A DNA stretch of 64,000 bases from Bigelowiella natans CCMP2755 (lineage: Eukaryota > Protista > Cercozoa), in contig ADNK01001699.1 of the NCBI GenBank assembly GCA_000320545.1, positions 62,001 through 126,000 on the forward strand. The letters are read 5' to 3'. The position numbers were made by a program, and so were the translations under genes. Positions 28,201 to 43,200 of the stretch are shown here, one piece after another. Each line of letters begins with the position of its first letter. Within the stretch, counting starts at the first letter, position 1. The notes beneath the pieces are model-generated. The model was given only the letters and a program-made list of their open reading frames with translations. It made no database searches and was not told the DNA's origin.

Positions 28201-31200
28201 TTTTGGAACAAGTCAGCTTGTCATTCCCTGAAAAGCCATCCACTGCATTATTTGCAGAGTAAATCAAATGTTTGATGTCCTGTATTCCACTGTGATGATG
28301 CGAATCTACTGCCCACGAGGGTAGTTGGGAGGTAGAGGACTGTCGTGCTCTCTTTGCTAGTGCAAGATTCATCAACATCAGCTCCTCAGACTTAGTCTTT
28401 TCCTTCTTAGGAGGCATTCCAGTAAGTTTCCAGGCGTTTTTTGGGGCCATCAGAACATTTGTTGAACATCCTATGGAGAGCGCCGGAATGAGCTCTACTC
28501 CCTTTGGCAGTCCCTTGTGTGAGCCTTGTTTCTTTCCATCAACGAAGAAACTCACTTGACCCAGGTTGGAGTCAATCACCATCTTTACCTTCCTCCGGGA
28601 GAATGAACCAAATTGTGAGAATTGAAGCCGACGATCACTTCTGGGATTATGGCCGCCCGCATAGAATGACATTGCCCATGTTTTATCTGCCATACCCAAC
28701 TGACTATCCGGATTGGTATTATTGAACGTTTTGAAGTTAGGCAGTACCACACCACATGCACCGTGGCAGCCTGCAGTAACCACCTGGAACTCGATAGAAA
28801 GAACTCCCACCTTAATACCTTTGTTTGCGGTAATAATTTCATGTCCACACCCTCCTTGTGCGCGCTTTATCTGTACTACACTTCCTTGTTTGAATATTCC
28901 AATCTTCGTGGCTTTTTTCTTCTTTGACCAAGCAAAGCTAGTAGCATCTCCCTCTTCCCCATCACCAGACGAGGCTGCATCTTGAGACATATCATGTAAT
29001 GTACTTGTTGTCCACAATTCACGAATAAAAATATCTGACTCTTTGTGAGTTATTCCAGGCGCAGAAACAGTCTCTACTGCCGCACCCCCAATAAGAACTC
29101 TCTCAAACCATTCTTCATTTGGCGTAGGCTTTGGCGGTGAGTACACTTTTCCCAATTTAGCGGCCTTTTTCTCTGCCGCGGTCCTGGAGATTTTAGCAAG
29201 CTCAATATTGATGACGAGAAGCGAACGGAAGAGGGCAGTGAAGTTTCTCTCTTCTTGTTGTTGTTCATACAGTTGCATCATCAGCTCACGCAAGAATACA
29301 GTACGGGACATGTTGTAACTCAGATTATTGCGCTGCTTCCCTTGGAGGAGAGTTCCGAAAATCTTGAGCAGGACGAGTTGGGCTGCCCCCTTTACTCTCA
29401 CTGCTGCCTCGAGGATGGCATTGATTAAAGCGGGTCCAAACAAGAGCGGTTTGAACACCTTCATCCTAGAGCCCCCATCATTCAATATATCAAGGAAGAG
29501 CTGCAAGATCCAGATTAAGACACCAGTACTTGGGGTATCACCCGAGGCAACTTGGGCAAAATTTGGTGAAGATGATGACGACGAGGAAGAGTCCTGGCTG
29601 AGATCATCTCGTGCATTAAGAAGCATAAGCTGGAACAACGCTTCATGTATAACAGCTTCTGTTAATGGAGCATATTTGTGCAGCATTACGCTGCTGGTTT
29701 GTAGCTGAGGAGAATGATGTTTTGCTTCTCCCCCCCTCGGAGCAAAATTCTTCCACTCGGCGACCATGCGATCAGAGATAACCGTTTTAAGTGACTGCAA
29801 GGAACCTTGGAGCTGCGCGCATTCTAGAGTCCTCAAGAGTTCTACAAGCTGTTTAGGACTGATCGGAAGTGGTTCGGTGCTTGGTAACTTAACCAGAAAA
29901 GTCGCAATCACCCTACGTGAGTACATGATTTCAAGGGCGTGATCAGTGGGAATTCGCGAGGCCAAAAGTTCTCTACGCGATTCCTCAAATGTTTCCATAG
30001 CTTTCCCAACTCGGTTGTCCTCCTCTACACGCCCTACAAACTTGGCGCTGCCTTCTCCAGCCGAGATACCTGCGATTGTCTGGCCGTCTCCACTGAGGAC
30101 CAGCTTGGCATTGCTGATGAAGGGAGATATGTTCAAAATAAGGACTCCTCTGTCCAACTTCCACGTTCCAATCTGTTCGCTTTTAGCCACTTTCAGTTGC
30201 AAACTTGCAGCAAAGTCTTTTTTTAACTTGAGAGTTCCAATTTCGACTCCTTTCTTATCGCGCCAAGTCCAAGTTGCGCCGAGGTAAAAATCTTCAGATC
30301 CTGGCTCAACGACCTCGCGGAAAGTTTTGGGAATCTTGATGTGCACAGTTTGGCGCTTTGCTGGCTGTGTTGCTACAATGGAGTTGTACAGCATGTCTGG
30401 GGTCTCATCCGACCGTAATTTTGCAAGAGGGTTAGCAGCACTGTTTGAAAGCCCTTTGACTGCGGCTTTGACCAAAATACGAATATCAGTGATGTCGATG
30501 GCCTGCGGCTTTCCCGCTGAAACATCTTTTCCTTCTTCTTTATGTTCATCAACATTATACTTTGTGTCTTCTCCTCCATCCGAGGTGTTGCTACGCACGA
30601 TGGCTTTCAGCGCCTCTGAGGCTACTGCACTGCGTGTTGCATTCTTCATCTGTTGGGATTTGGCCTGTATAGTCTTCATACAAAGCCTTGGATCGAAACC
30701 AAAAGAGGATAGCGCCTTTGCATTGGCGATCATATCGGATTGTTTGTCTTTCTCCGCAAAATCACTGCTGTTCTCAAGTAGGAGTCTCATTGTAACAATA
30801 GGTCTCATGCCAGTCTCTCTGAGGGCCTGCTCAACCCAGTGCGAAGGAAATCCCATCCCAGTGAGCCGCGATTTCAGCTTCTTCAGAACGGCTGCCGAGG
30901 CCATGTCGTACGCATCAGCACCATCCGCAGCCTTACCGTACTCTTTAAGCAGCGGTAGAAACTTCACGGCCCCGCGCAGTATTTGTACTCGCCGTGCATA
31001 GAGTTCCTCCCCAGGGGCAAACATGGCACCACCCTTCATAAGAGTTATGGTTTTACCCAACCTAAGAGACTGGGATTGGGATGGAGAGAGACCGCCTTTC
31101 CTAATGGAAACATAGGGCTTCTCATCCAAAGCTACGATCACATCACCAGCTTTCGTATCAATGGATATTTTGATCCTGACCCATGTGCCTAGAGCAATCT

Positions 31201-34200
31201 TAGCACCAGACTCTATCCCGAAGAGCGATAACTTACCACTTGGTTGGAGAACCAAGCCCTCAGTCCCATTAAAGCCTACTTTTTTCTTGATGGCCTCAGT
31301 TTTCCCAACAGGATCCTTGAAAACGAATTTGTTGTCTTCTTTTTCTCCTTTTTTCCTCTCCTCCTCATTCAAAGCAAAGAAGTGGGCCATCATGGCGTGC
31401 GGTTTACCCGTTGATATCATCAGTAAGTCCTCCTTAGATGGCACTTCTCGCCAGATGCCAAGATGCTTAATCATGCCCTTAAAGCAGTCTTTGTAACCAG
31501 CTTGACGGTCACTACCGATCCAAGCCTCTTTCATTTCTACCATACCAAGAACTCCCTCCTCCTCCTCCCCTCCCTCCGCGTTGGATCTAAAACCATTATG
31601 AATAACTTCTTGTACCTTGACTCCATTGTGGTGAAGACTGATAGCTGCGCCGCGAGGATTGTGCACGAACGCAATTGACTCCCACACTCCCGTTCTCAAA
31701 TCTACCTCATCGAATATTTTGACGATTGGTTTCTTTCCACGCGCCTTCCACATCAATGCTGGCTTTCCATCTGCTGTAACAACCCAGTCCACAAAGGCGT
31801 CTTGTACCTCGAATGGGATCAGCTTTTTGTCTCGGATTTTTAGGCCATATTTCTGGAAGACATTAATGTAGCAAGCTTCGACTTCGTGTTGTGAAAGCGA
31901 TTTATTAAAAAACCTCGCGCATTTTATTTCCAGATCTCTGTCGCATCCAATAGCACTCTTTTTACCCGCATCCTCAAACGTGCACAGGCCAAAGATAATG
32001 CGCGAAGAATCTGAACTAAATTTCTGCTCTTTACATTTTGCAGGTTGCCCATAAGATTTACCATTTCGATAGCAACGAATATGTCCACCACTCGAAAAAC
32101 ATACAACGATGTGGATCCAATCCTTGCTCTCATCTAAAGACGGCGGAGCTTTGATTTGAATTGTTCTGTTGTTTGAGTAGGCCGTCCAAGTGTTATTGGC
32201 ACCGTGTACTGCAATACCCTCCGCTGCGTTTTTGGAATATGTCAATCCGGTAGTTGAATTTTCACTGAAGATCTGGTCAAGTACCATCACCCCCTGCCGC
32301 TGCTCTGTTGAAGAACTAGAGGAAGATACTACCTTCACCAACAACTCGTAACTACGATTTTTGCCAACATTGTCCAGATTTGGCGTCATCGCATATCCCC
32401 CGTTTGATCCTGTTTTCAGAACACCGTCCTTGATGGTGGCACCATGAGCCATTGATAAATCTAAGGATTTTTTCTTGTCAAGAATATTCTTCCCCAGTCC
32501 CACCATATCTTTTCCAGTGCCGTTGGAGAAGTCCCATTCAGCATATGGCTGAGGGGGGTTATCATTCAAGGCCGATACAAATCTTCCAGAGATTTCTAAG
32601 TCTCCGCGAACAATGGTTGCGGCTGGTCTCACAGGCATGGTAATACCCTTGCATTTTGCCTTGATAATTTCTGTTCCGCGCTCCTCAAAGAAGCGTAAAG
32701 TGCCTCTTTCGCAGTCGAGACGCAGGCGAAGAAGGGTCGTGCGGCGAGAGCGAAAGGAAGAAGAGCGGCCAATTTCTAGCTTCTTCCACTCTCTTCCGGT
32801 CATAATTCCCCAGCCCTTGAAGTCTTTGTCACCGATATTTCCGTTCATTTTATTTTTGAAGAGAGAATCGGTGATATGCGTGACTGGAACTACACCAATT
32901 GCAGCGGACAAGTCTTCAGCCTTCGACTTATCGTCATCTGCCATTATTTGCACGGTCCACTCATGCACGCCTTTGAAGAGAACTGTATCACATGCAACGT
33001 GCGACAACCCATCTGCTGATGCGTGAGTAGATTGGTTCGTGAGTATGACGGAGCCATTCTTGTATTTGCTTCCCCACGTAGCCACGCGCATCGGAATCCC
33101 CGATGTAGAACTCCCAAGAATTACACCACCTTGCTTGTGGCAACTCTCAAAAGCAAACTTGCTGGGCATCTTTACTTTCACTGACAATGCAACAGGACTT
33201 TTCAGTTCCTGCGAGAGTTTTGCGGCATATGCCCCTGCAGTGCGAAAACATCCTACACTACTAAAGTCATCAGCAGCCTCGTCTTGGCTGCTGCTGCTTC
33301 TTCCCTGAGTTTTGTGATGATGATCACCAAAGTGGACCAAGTTTACTGGTTTTTTTGGCTGCTTAGATGCAGCAAGCTTGATATCTGCGAGAATAGTAAA
33401 CTTGGACACTGTGTCATCGGTCGGTACCTCGGGTTTTAGCCCTGTGGAGATACTTACCTTGCCACCATTCTGAATCACAAGCCCTCTAGTGCGTAGGGGG
33501 TCTACCGTTACGTTACCTTGAATAGAGATAGGACATCCTTCCGTCAGGAGTGCCTTCTCGTCGATCTGGGTCAAGTCATAGTCGGAGACCGTGTCTTGCA
33601 TTGTTTTACTGAGTTCTGTATCAGTGATGGCGTATTTCATGTCACCACCCATAAAGCTTGAAGCGTACTCGGGGTTTACTACCATAGGCCACAATGCTGC
33701 ATCTGATACTCTGACTTCCTCGTTTCCAACCTTAACAAATGTTAGCCTATGATCTGCCTTAGTGTCCATGACTTTCTTTCGATATTGCTGTTCTTGTTCT
33801 GCTCCTCCCCCTCCTATATACTTGCTCGTAACCACCAAATCATCGTTGATGTAAACTCGCACAGGTTTAGCAGCTGCAGCTGGCACCGCCAGCATGCATG
33901 TAAAATAGTTCTTTACATCATCCAGGGCATTTTTTTGCTCCTCATTCAGCGCCACAGTAGTGATTTTTTTATTTCCAGTTTTGAGTTTGATCTCGGAGCC
34001 GTTGTGGATGGACAGCTCGAAACCTAAGTCTTTCGAAGATAGCAACTCTACGTTTGTTGCACCTCGGAGACGAATCGAAGCTGTTAGCCCTGGCTCAGAA
34101 TCCTTCCACTTGGACGACAAGATGTTGAAGCGAGGGAGGCCGGAAAGACTGACATGAAGGCCATTTTTGCATAGATCGATGGAGCCGGATTTATTGTAGT

Positions 34201-37200
34201 CACAAGGTTTCTCAAGGGTAGCTGGCTGATGCATACCCAAATTGCATGGCACAAGCAGTGGCATACATTCTAAACTTGATTCATACGCGAAGAAATGAGC
34301 GACAGATTCCCAACCTGATCTTAATCCTTTTTCAATCTTGTATTCACCATTTTTATGTAAACTGTGATACGTGGCGGAAGCTCCAGCCTTAGGCTCAGTG
34401 AAAGCGTAGAAAAATTTCAATCCTGTTGGTGTCGACTCCCAGCTGCTGCTGCTAGGTTTGGTGTTGGCAACGACGACACGGTAATACGTTGTGGTGGAGT
34501 TGGTTTCGTCTTCTCCTTCCCTTTTCTTAAGCGATGCCGCCTGAGCCTCAATAATGAATTTTTGGGTGCCTTTAACGGGCTTGGAGAATACATAAAAGGC
34601 TTTGCCATCGGGCGCACCACCTTGGCTGCTGCTGCTGTTGCTGTCAGGTGGGCCAGACGGCATGTACCGGATAATGGTGTTTTTGTGATCGAGACAAACC
34701 TTAATGAGGCCGAAGCTTGACATTGGATCCTTTTTGGCGCTGAGAAAACAAGCGGACGGATAGAATCTTCCGCCACTACTACCGCGTTTGGCCCATTGAC
34801 GTACACCATCTAACTCCCGTTGTTCACCCTCGACTACCACCATAAGATTATCCATCATTTCGAGTGCTGCAATAGATGACGGGTACTTGACGGTAACTGG
34901 GGTAGGACAGTACTTATGGGTAGTATTCTTGCGGCCCATTGCGACATTGCCATATCCCCAAGTGTACAGCTTGCCTTCTTTTGTAATGGCGGCACAGTGA
35001 TAGTACGCGCAGGCGAAGTCAACGAAGCACAGATCTTTCTGAAGAATTGGTTTCGGCTGATATATTGAGGCTGTGTTGGAATGCCCGAGAGATCCACAGT
35101 AGTTGTAGCCCCAAGAATACATCTTGCCTTTGTCACTCAGAACATATGTCGTTTGTTGTGTGCATTTTATTTGAATGATTACATCATCCTCTTCCGACCG
35201 AACTTTCAGCAGTTTCGGCTTGTGTAGCTTCGTATTTGGATTTTTATGACCATGGTACGGATTATTCCCCCATGTGTAGAGCTTTCCGTCGGCAGTGACG
35301 CCACCAGCCATATAATTACTTTGTGCCACTTGTACGAATCCATCCTGAGGACAGCCTTTGATTTTAGTAGGAGATGTCTTATTGCTGGTGCCTTCCCCAA
35401 CGCAACCATAATACCCATAACCCATACCGAAAAGTGCTCCAGATTCGCACTGCACAAACGAGTTGTAATACCCTGCAGCCACGAAGCGGAAGGTCTGACC
35501 TTCATAATTCGCATGCTTGAGCTGTTTCGGATTGAATGTGTTTTGGTTAGAACCATCGCCAAGTTGCCCGTTACTATTGAATCCCCATCCGAATACCTCC
35601 GATTCGGTGCAACATATTGTGTGATATGTGCCTGTTGCGATGCTTTTGATCTGCTTCCACTCAATCAAGCCTTTAATCTGTTTGGGGGTATTGATGGCTT
35701 GCTGGTGGCCAGTACCAAGACATCCATAGCTTCCGGTTCCATACATAAAGACCTTACCGTCTGCCGATAACATCGCCATGTGGGTTTGGAAGTAGGACAT
35801 GTGCACGATTTCAGCCTCCTCAAAGCTTAGGTCATCTGACTTTTTGAAGTCCTGAAATTCGTTCGTGTTAATGCCGTACTTAACCCCAATGACTTTGAAC
35901 GCATCTCTCTTTGTTGGTGCAAAGTACAAGCTGTCCGAACTACCACCACTTTTCTTCTTCTTAGAAACCTTCTTGGCAGCATCTTCTGCGTTCTGGGAGT
36001 CCAGGATGTCGGCAGGACTTCCTTTCGCAAATCTGTCAATCGCAAGGGCCCTCGATTGGAGATTTTCAATGGAAATGCCCATTCCATCGGCAAACTCAGG
36101 AATAACTTCCAGACTGCGGGATAGCAGTAACCGAATGGCTTCTTGCTCTTTTACGGCCCTTGAACAAAGAACGGGCCGATTCAGCATGCCCTGAAGAACC
36201 TTTAAACACATACGTCGAACTCGTGGAATCAGTCTCTTTGCAGACTTGTTGCCGCCGCTGCTATTCTTTGAGTCCCCCTTTGTGTCATTGTCTTTGTTTT
36301 TTTCGTTGTCACAGCTGCTGCTTGAGGTTAGGAATTCCAGGATTAAGATCAGAATCTTGGTTGGTTCTGTGAGGCGGTGGTACGGCACGGGGGCTTGCAA
36401 GATTCTGAGCGAATCAAGCTTCGTGACCCGAGTAACCGCCTCGTCGACCAGCACATCACAGAATGCGATATCCCCTCCGTCATTCTTTCCCAAATCAACG
36501 TCTATGTTTTTAAATTTGGCTTCCAGTTTCGTCACGACACGTACGATAATACCAGTCTCCTCCCGACCATTCTGCTCAATTGCGACACTTGATCCCTCGT
36601 GCAGTGGCTCTTCCTCCCCGCCTAGAAGGCACAACGCGCTTAGTAGGCGCCATATCTTGAGGAAGTTCTGTTCAATATTGTCAAAGAACTGAGCTGGTTG
36701 CTCTTTGAGAGGAAGAAGGCAATCCAAAAGATGCTGATTGCTTGTTTCCCTCCATGAATCTCCATATTTCTTTAGCTTTTTAGGCAAAGATTCTTCCCCA
36801 CCAGATAGAAGACTGCGATATAGAGCCAACTGCTCCCATCCAGGACCTGAGACTAACCCAAACCGTCGGTCAAATGCCGTTTCAGTAGGAAGTAGTTTAT
36901 CTTCTTCCTTTTCCCTCAAGTTTAAGATCTCCACTTCGTGAATCATTATGCTATGTGCCACTGAATTCATAATTCGCTCCACGAGTTCTTTACCGGATGG
37001 TACGATCATGCTCGATGAGACAGCTACAGAGGGGAGGATTGGCATCAAGATACGCCTTGAAAGAAAGACAACCGCGAACGAGGCGCCAGTCATAGCTTCA
37101 TCCCCGGAAAGATCCGGTAGGGCAAGCTTGAGGAGGGTGTTAACCCAAGAAGGATTCTTAGAGAGTATCTCCACGATTCCACTGCGCTTGGACATGCGGA

Positions 37201-40200
37201 CCAGTACCCACAAAAGTTGTGTCAATTGAATATCCAACTCGGCGCGACAAGGAAAGTATTTGCGCCGTATCTCCGGTGTCTGCATCTTATAAAGCTTCAC
37301 GTCGGCCTGGAACCATTGTACCGATGCCTCAGCGACATGTGCACAGTGCGATACGTCCTCCCACCATTCCCGTTCTTGCTCCGCAGTTCCCCAGCGAAAC
37401 TGCGCGCCCGCTTCGGTTCCTAGGCCATCTGCAATGGAATTGTACAGACTACCGTACAGCTCAAAACCGCTGAGGCCAAGGTGCCAAGTGTTCGTCGTAT
37501 TCGGGCCTGTCATCCGCACTCTAAAGGAAGTAAATGGCTTCTTATGGAATCGAGAATCAATGGCCCAAGTGTTCACGCAATTCGAGCCTGCAGAGAAGCT
37601 CTTATCATTTCTATGCTCGCTGAGAACAGTCCATGAATCAGATTCCCTAGCGCGTGCCTCAAGTACCCAGTCAGTAATGAAATAACCGTCTCTGTCATAG
37701 TGCTTGAGGGAGTAGTCACTCACACTAATACAACGAGGAGCGAAATCATACTGAACCCATGTATTTTTTTGTCCAGAGACTCCCGCGACTGTGATGACCT
37801 TGCCATAATTGTCGAGAGAGAGATGTGGCAAAGCCCCGCTCTTTTGGGACGAGTAAGCTACACTAATAACCTTGTTTTCACCCGTCGCAGGGTTTGAGTA
37901 TTGGGCAGCTTTACCTTGATTGGTTCCGAGAAAGTACACGATGCCTTTTTTCCCTAAGCCCTTGCTCTCTTTACTCGGTTTCCATGGAAATTTACGCCCA
38001 TCGGCTACCAGTAGTGACATGTTACGTCGAAGCTGTGGCATCACCGTGGGCAAACCAGCAGGCCCAAAGGCTTGGTTCATCACGGATTCGGCAAGTGACG
38101 TTTTTGTTGCCTTCTTCCCCGCAGTGACGATATCGGTACTTGACGTTGAGGACTTCTTTGAGTTGGCGCAATTTCGTGCCTCAAGTAGGCAGATAATTTG
38201 TTTTTGCAAGTTCTCCAGTATCAAGGGTGGAAGTTCCGTAGCTATCCCTCCCGTGGATGCATGCTCGGCGCAAATGTATGCCACCATGCGAAATACAATC
38301 CACGCAGCATAGCGTACGCGAAAACCCTCCGTAGTGGTGGACCATTCGGCTGAGCCATTAGAAAGGAGCGTGTTGAGAGTCCCAAGGTCCTTGTTCGTTT
38401 TAAGCTCATGCATGATAGGAGGATCTCCACACGGTAATGCCATCATTGGAGCAATACGGTCTAGAACCTTAGACTCGACGATACATCTTAGATCATTTGG
38501 TTTAAGGTCTATGTTGCAGAGCTCTAGAAGAGCCATTTTTCCGGCCTCGTCCAGCTGTTAAGAATAATAGAGGAGAATATATAAATGAATAATTGTAAGG
38601 ACGCTATATTTCAGGGTTTGCACACATAGGAGCTATCATGCCTACTGCTCACTGCCTCCCTCCACAAAGATATAAAGAAATTAAATTAAAAATTAAATTA
38701 AAAACAAATAATGAATCCACACATTATCATAATAACTAGTAGTTACCTTGGGCATGTTAGCCATCTTCGAGATCAAGTGGTAGTAAGCAGTTTCAAGAGC
38801 AGTGCTGAGTACAGGGCCTACATTGTGCACGTCTGAAAGATAATGTCTCGTCTGAGTTACCAATCCAGCTGCTTCTGCGGAGGAGAACTTTCTTATTTCT
38901 TCAGCAACATTGACAAAATCACCCGCCACAGCAGAAACAGACAAGAGTGACGGCGGAACTAGTGTGGTCTGACCACCCGCCCCCGTGTAAGTACACTTTT
39001 TCTTGTTGAATGTCAGACGAGTGGAACAACCAACGGTCAAGCATGGAAACAGAAGTTTGCTTGGAAGCTTCTTGTGCTCGCCTGTCTTATTCCCATTTTC
39101 AAAATAGGAGATGACAAGATCATCCATATTGAGGACAATCTTTACAATTGTTCCCCCTGCCATCGCCCTGTTACCTACCTGGAGACGATTATTGAATCCT
39201 CCTCCAGGATTATGACTCCCTGGATATAAAGAATAAGCCCAGGTTTGATCCTCGTAGCCTAACTTGCCATCTTGCCACTTATTAAAATCCTTTGTGACGA
39301 CACCAACTGCACCGTAGCAGCCTGGGGCATTAACGGTAAACTCAAGAGTCAAAATTCCACTGTCAATGCCAGCGCGGAGACGTATGCATCGATGTCCGCA
39401 GCTTTTAGTGCTATTTTGGCGGCGCACAACTGTGTTGCCTCCCTCTTCCACTACTTCAATGTGGTCACTACCGTTCTTTTCGTCCCATTTCAGATCTTCG
39501 GGAGCGAATGATGATGCGGGGACGGAGGACAATGATGCGCTGTTCTTTTCCAATACTTTCTCATCGTGTGCGGTGTCTTTCAGAGCCAATACTAACTGAG
39601 AAAAGTGTTTTAGTCCACAAATTCGCGTGGTTGCTCGTTCTTCTTGTTTGTTGAGAGCCAGACGACCTAGTTTGATATCAACCTCGTACTCGTCTGCACA
39701 AGCAAAATCTATAACTTCATGAATCACTTTAATTTCATCTGAATTAAAGGAAGAGAGAATGAGGTCTCCGCTCCCGCTTCCTGATTCGTTTTTTAGCATT
39801 CTTTTGAAGGTGTTCATCGATCGGATGGTATTGCGAACGAGGGTCAAGACAGTTTTCGCTTTGTGCCACTTAGATTTGGATTTGAGCTTGTTTGTAGTTG
39901 TAAGGGAATTGGTACGGCTCAGCGATGGTCTGCTTGGCAGCAGCGCAGAAGCCGCTCCCTTCACCTCCAATTTCTGACGAGCTACTTCCGTGACAGACGA
40001 AGCTTGTTTAAGGGCCGGATAAAAATCGAGAATGAATTCAATTCGCGACATCAATTGTTTGTGAAAGTTTTTGACGTCCAAGCCTTGCCCTTTCATTCTT
40101 AAGTAACGCCTCCGCACTTCACTTGTACATGTGAGGATTTGGCCTAGCTGCTTTGGCAAGTTCTTCTTGTCGTCGATACTGGAGAGACCCCCTTTCTTTG

Positions 40201-43200
40201 CAGCTTCTCGGACAGCAGGAAGTAACCCTGTATGCTTAACTGCGGCAATGAATAATGCTCGCATTCCCTCCAGAACCAAGGGTTTTATAGATCTATATAC
40301 GCGCTTGGTGGCACGCGCTTGGCCACTCTCCGCCAATACCTCTGCCATTAGCTTCGCTGCGGTCTCTCCATTTGAGATTACGCTTTTCATAAAAGCAAAA
40401 TCACTCTCCTCCTCCTCTTCACTATTGGCACTGTCAGTGCCCTTGGAATCGGTATTCTTCTTATCTTCAAGACCAGATTTGAATAGAGAAGCCCGTAGCC
40501 ATTTGTCAGCACTAGCTTCTTCAGAAGATCGTGGGCTTGACTTAACCATTGAGGCGCTGATTCTTCCTGCCGTATGCGAAATTAGACGGAAGAGCTCACC
40601 GACTAACCATGTTGCCTTAGGTTCGGCATTGCATATGACAGGATCTACCCACACCGCTTTTGTATCTTTGTCGTCCCCTTTACAACTCACACGTAGGGAA
40701 ATTTCTCTCACCTGCATGAGACATCATACGACGGCGACGACGACGACAAAAGTAGTAGCATTATCCATAAAGTTGTTCACAATTTCACCAATATAATATT
40801 TGTGCTTGCACGATACTATTACGTGCGATGCCGCCTCCACTTTTTTCTAGCATATTATCCTACTATCTCCCCTTTCTAGCATACCTTGTCTGGAAGAGGA
40901 ACTCTGAATTTCTCAATTTCGCCTTTATTTAATATGGGTTTTGATTTCCACTGCTGCTTGCCATCAGCGAAAATTAAAAATTCTAGCTCCGATCCCAACT
41001 GAAGTATAATAATGTGTTAATAATCAATCACTTAAATGTTGCATTTCTGTTAGATGATAACAATGATGATGAAGCACACACCACACGCCCATCATATTTA
41101 GCAAACTAGTAGTCAAAGCCGTATTCAAAGGACGACATGTTCACTGCAACTTCTATCTGCAATTATCTTATTACTACCTTTTTGACCGTGTCGTTCAATG
41201 CTACGGCGCCATCCACAACTAATGGTCGTGGGAGGCCACTGGGAATTTTGAACACAGCATATGCCTGGCAGCCCTTTTTAGCATGCATTCCTATTCCTCT
41301 CTTACGTGGTACACCATTCACAACAATATTTTCATCATTGATCCCGAGCTCACCATTCCTACCGATTACACCGCGCCCAACGAGACAACGGCTTGGCTCA
41401 ATCGCACACAAATCGCGGGTCACGGGTTTCTCGTCCAGCTCGATGGCAGGTTTGACTTCCCTGAGAGCAAGCAAAGTTTTCCCAACTTGCTTTGCAAGTA
41501 AGATAAGGGACGGGGTAATCTTGAGGATCAGCGGTAAATGATGAGAGTTGAGAGATTGTAATCCAACAAGTACATCAATCAAAACTTTCACAGCGGATGT
41601 CTGTTTTAGTCTATTATTCGCCAGCATAATACAATGTTCAAGATTTCTTCCTTTTGGGTCGCTTGCATCGCCGATTGTAGATAGAATATTCCAAAGCTTT
41701 TCTGATTGGTCGTCTGTAACCCCAACGTCTGCACACATCTCTTTGTACTCATCCCTTGTCGTTGATAGAATATACTCTAAGTCGTCGTAGCCTTCTTCGT
41801 CAAATTTGTCCTGGAGCTGCGTGAGATTCGCAAGTTTTAGAAGATCATCGATAGTCTCAGGTTTGGATGGAGGTCTCCATCTGCTTATTTCCTCAACTTT
41901 CTTCTCATAGGCATTAAGTATTTTGGTCGATCCTCGAAGTAGCTTATCACCAATCAAACTCACAATTCTCTCATATTCACCAGCCATATTTTCTGCATCT
42001 GCCACTGTCATTTTGTCCAAAATGAGGGCCTTCTCAACCGTGATTCCCTGCTGTCCCAGTAGACCAATTGCAAACGTCCAGGTCGTATCAATATCGGCCC
42101 TCTTTGAGGCGACACCAACCAGAATACCGTTGATTGCAACTTCGAGTCGTATAGACTTTGAACTAGTGGTGAAAGTTGTGGTGACGTTATCACCCGCTTT
42201 GATGTCTGACATCGACCCTACAGCAGGCTTCTTCAGGATATTAATATCTTCCATGTGTTGATCAGATTTCCCTCCTCCTCCTACGAATTCCTTGGTGATA
42301 AAGTTAAATCCAAACCCTATATCTTCAATTGTATTTTCTGACGATGACACCTTTGAGTCGGATGATGCCACAACACCAACAACGAAACATGAAGAGCGCT
42401 CTTTTTCTTCTCCCCCTTCTTCACTTCCCTTGGAAATGGAATCGATGACCATTGTTGTTACGTAGCGAGTATTGACGAGGTCGTATGGAGAAGCTGCTCG
42501 AACTATTTGCAGCACTTTTTCTTCTTGATTCATAATTGTTGCCTGGTTGTTAGAGAGGGTAGTAGTAGCATTTCCCGAGCTCTGCGAATTAAATCGAAAT
42601 TCAAGAGGCTTGCGGTACGCCTCCTTCTCCTGCCTATCAAGTCCTTCTCCTAAAAAATAATCGTAATGGAGTCACTTCTTTTTCTTAAAAATAATTTTTA
42701 ATTAAAAATCTTGGTGGTGCTTGATAAATGAATTTCATTTATGAATCAATTAGCACTTTATTATTTTGCTCGCTAAAATGTCCAATCATCTGGGGTTGTT
42801 GAATCATCGTTTTTTATCTCCCAACCAAAAATATCCTTGTTTTTAAATTCTGATGCTACTCTAAATTAGTGTGCTGCACTTACGCTCTGACTGCCAGTGA
42901 AGTATTCTAGCAAACATGTGCCTGACTAGGTTCGACAACGATCGCAGTTCAAGAGTCTCTTCAATACCGACTAATGGATCACCGGATAGTTCCTGAAAAT
43001 ATAGATGATTACAATTTGATTGAGAGCCAGTTTCATATTTGCAGTGCTTTGTGAGGTTTGCATTCTATGATTATGGTTAATCAGAAAATACTATAACATT
43101 ATTACCTTAATATCGTGCTCCACCACAGTATTTGTCAGCTGAAGTATGAAATCGCTGAGAATCGAGCGAAACTTCCCTTCAGAGGATGACTCAAATTCTT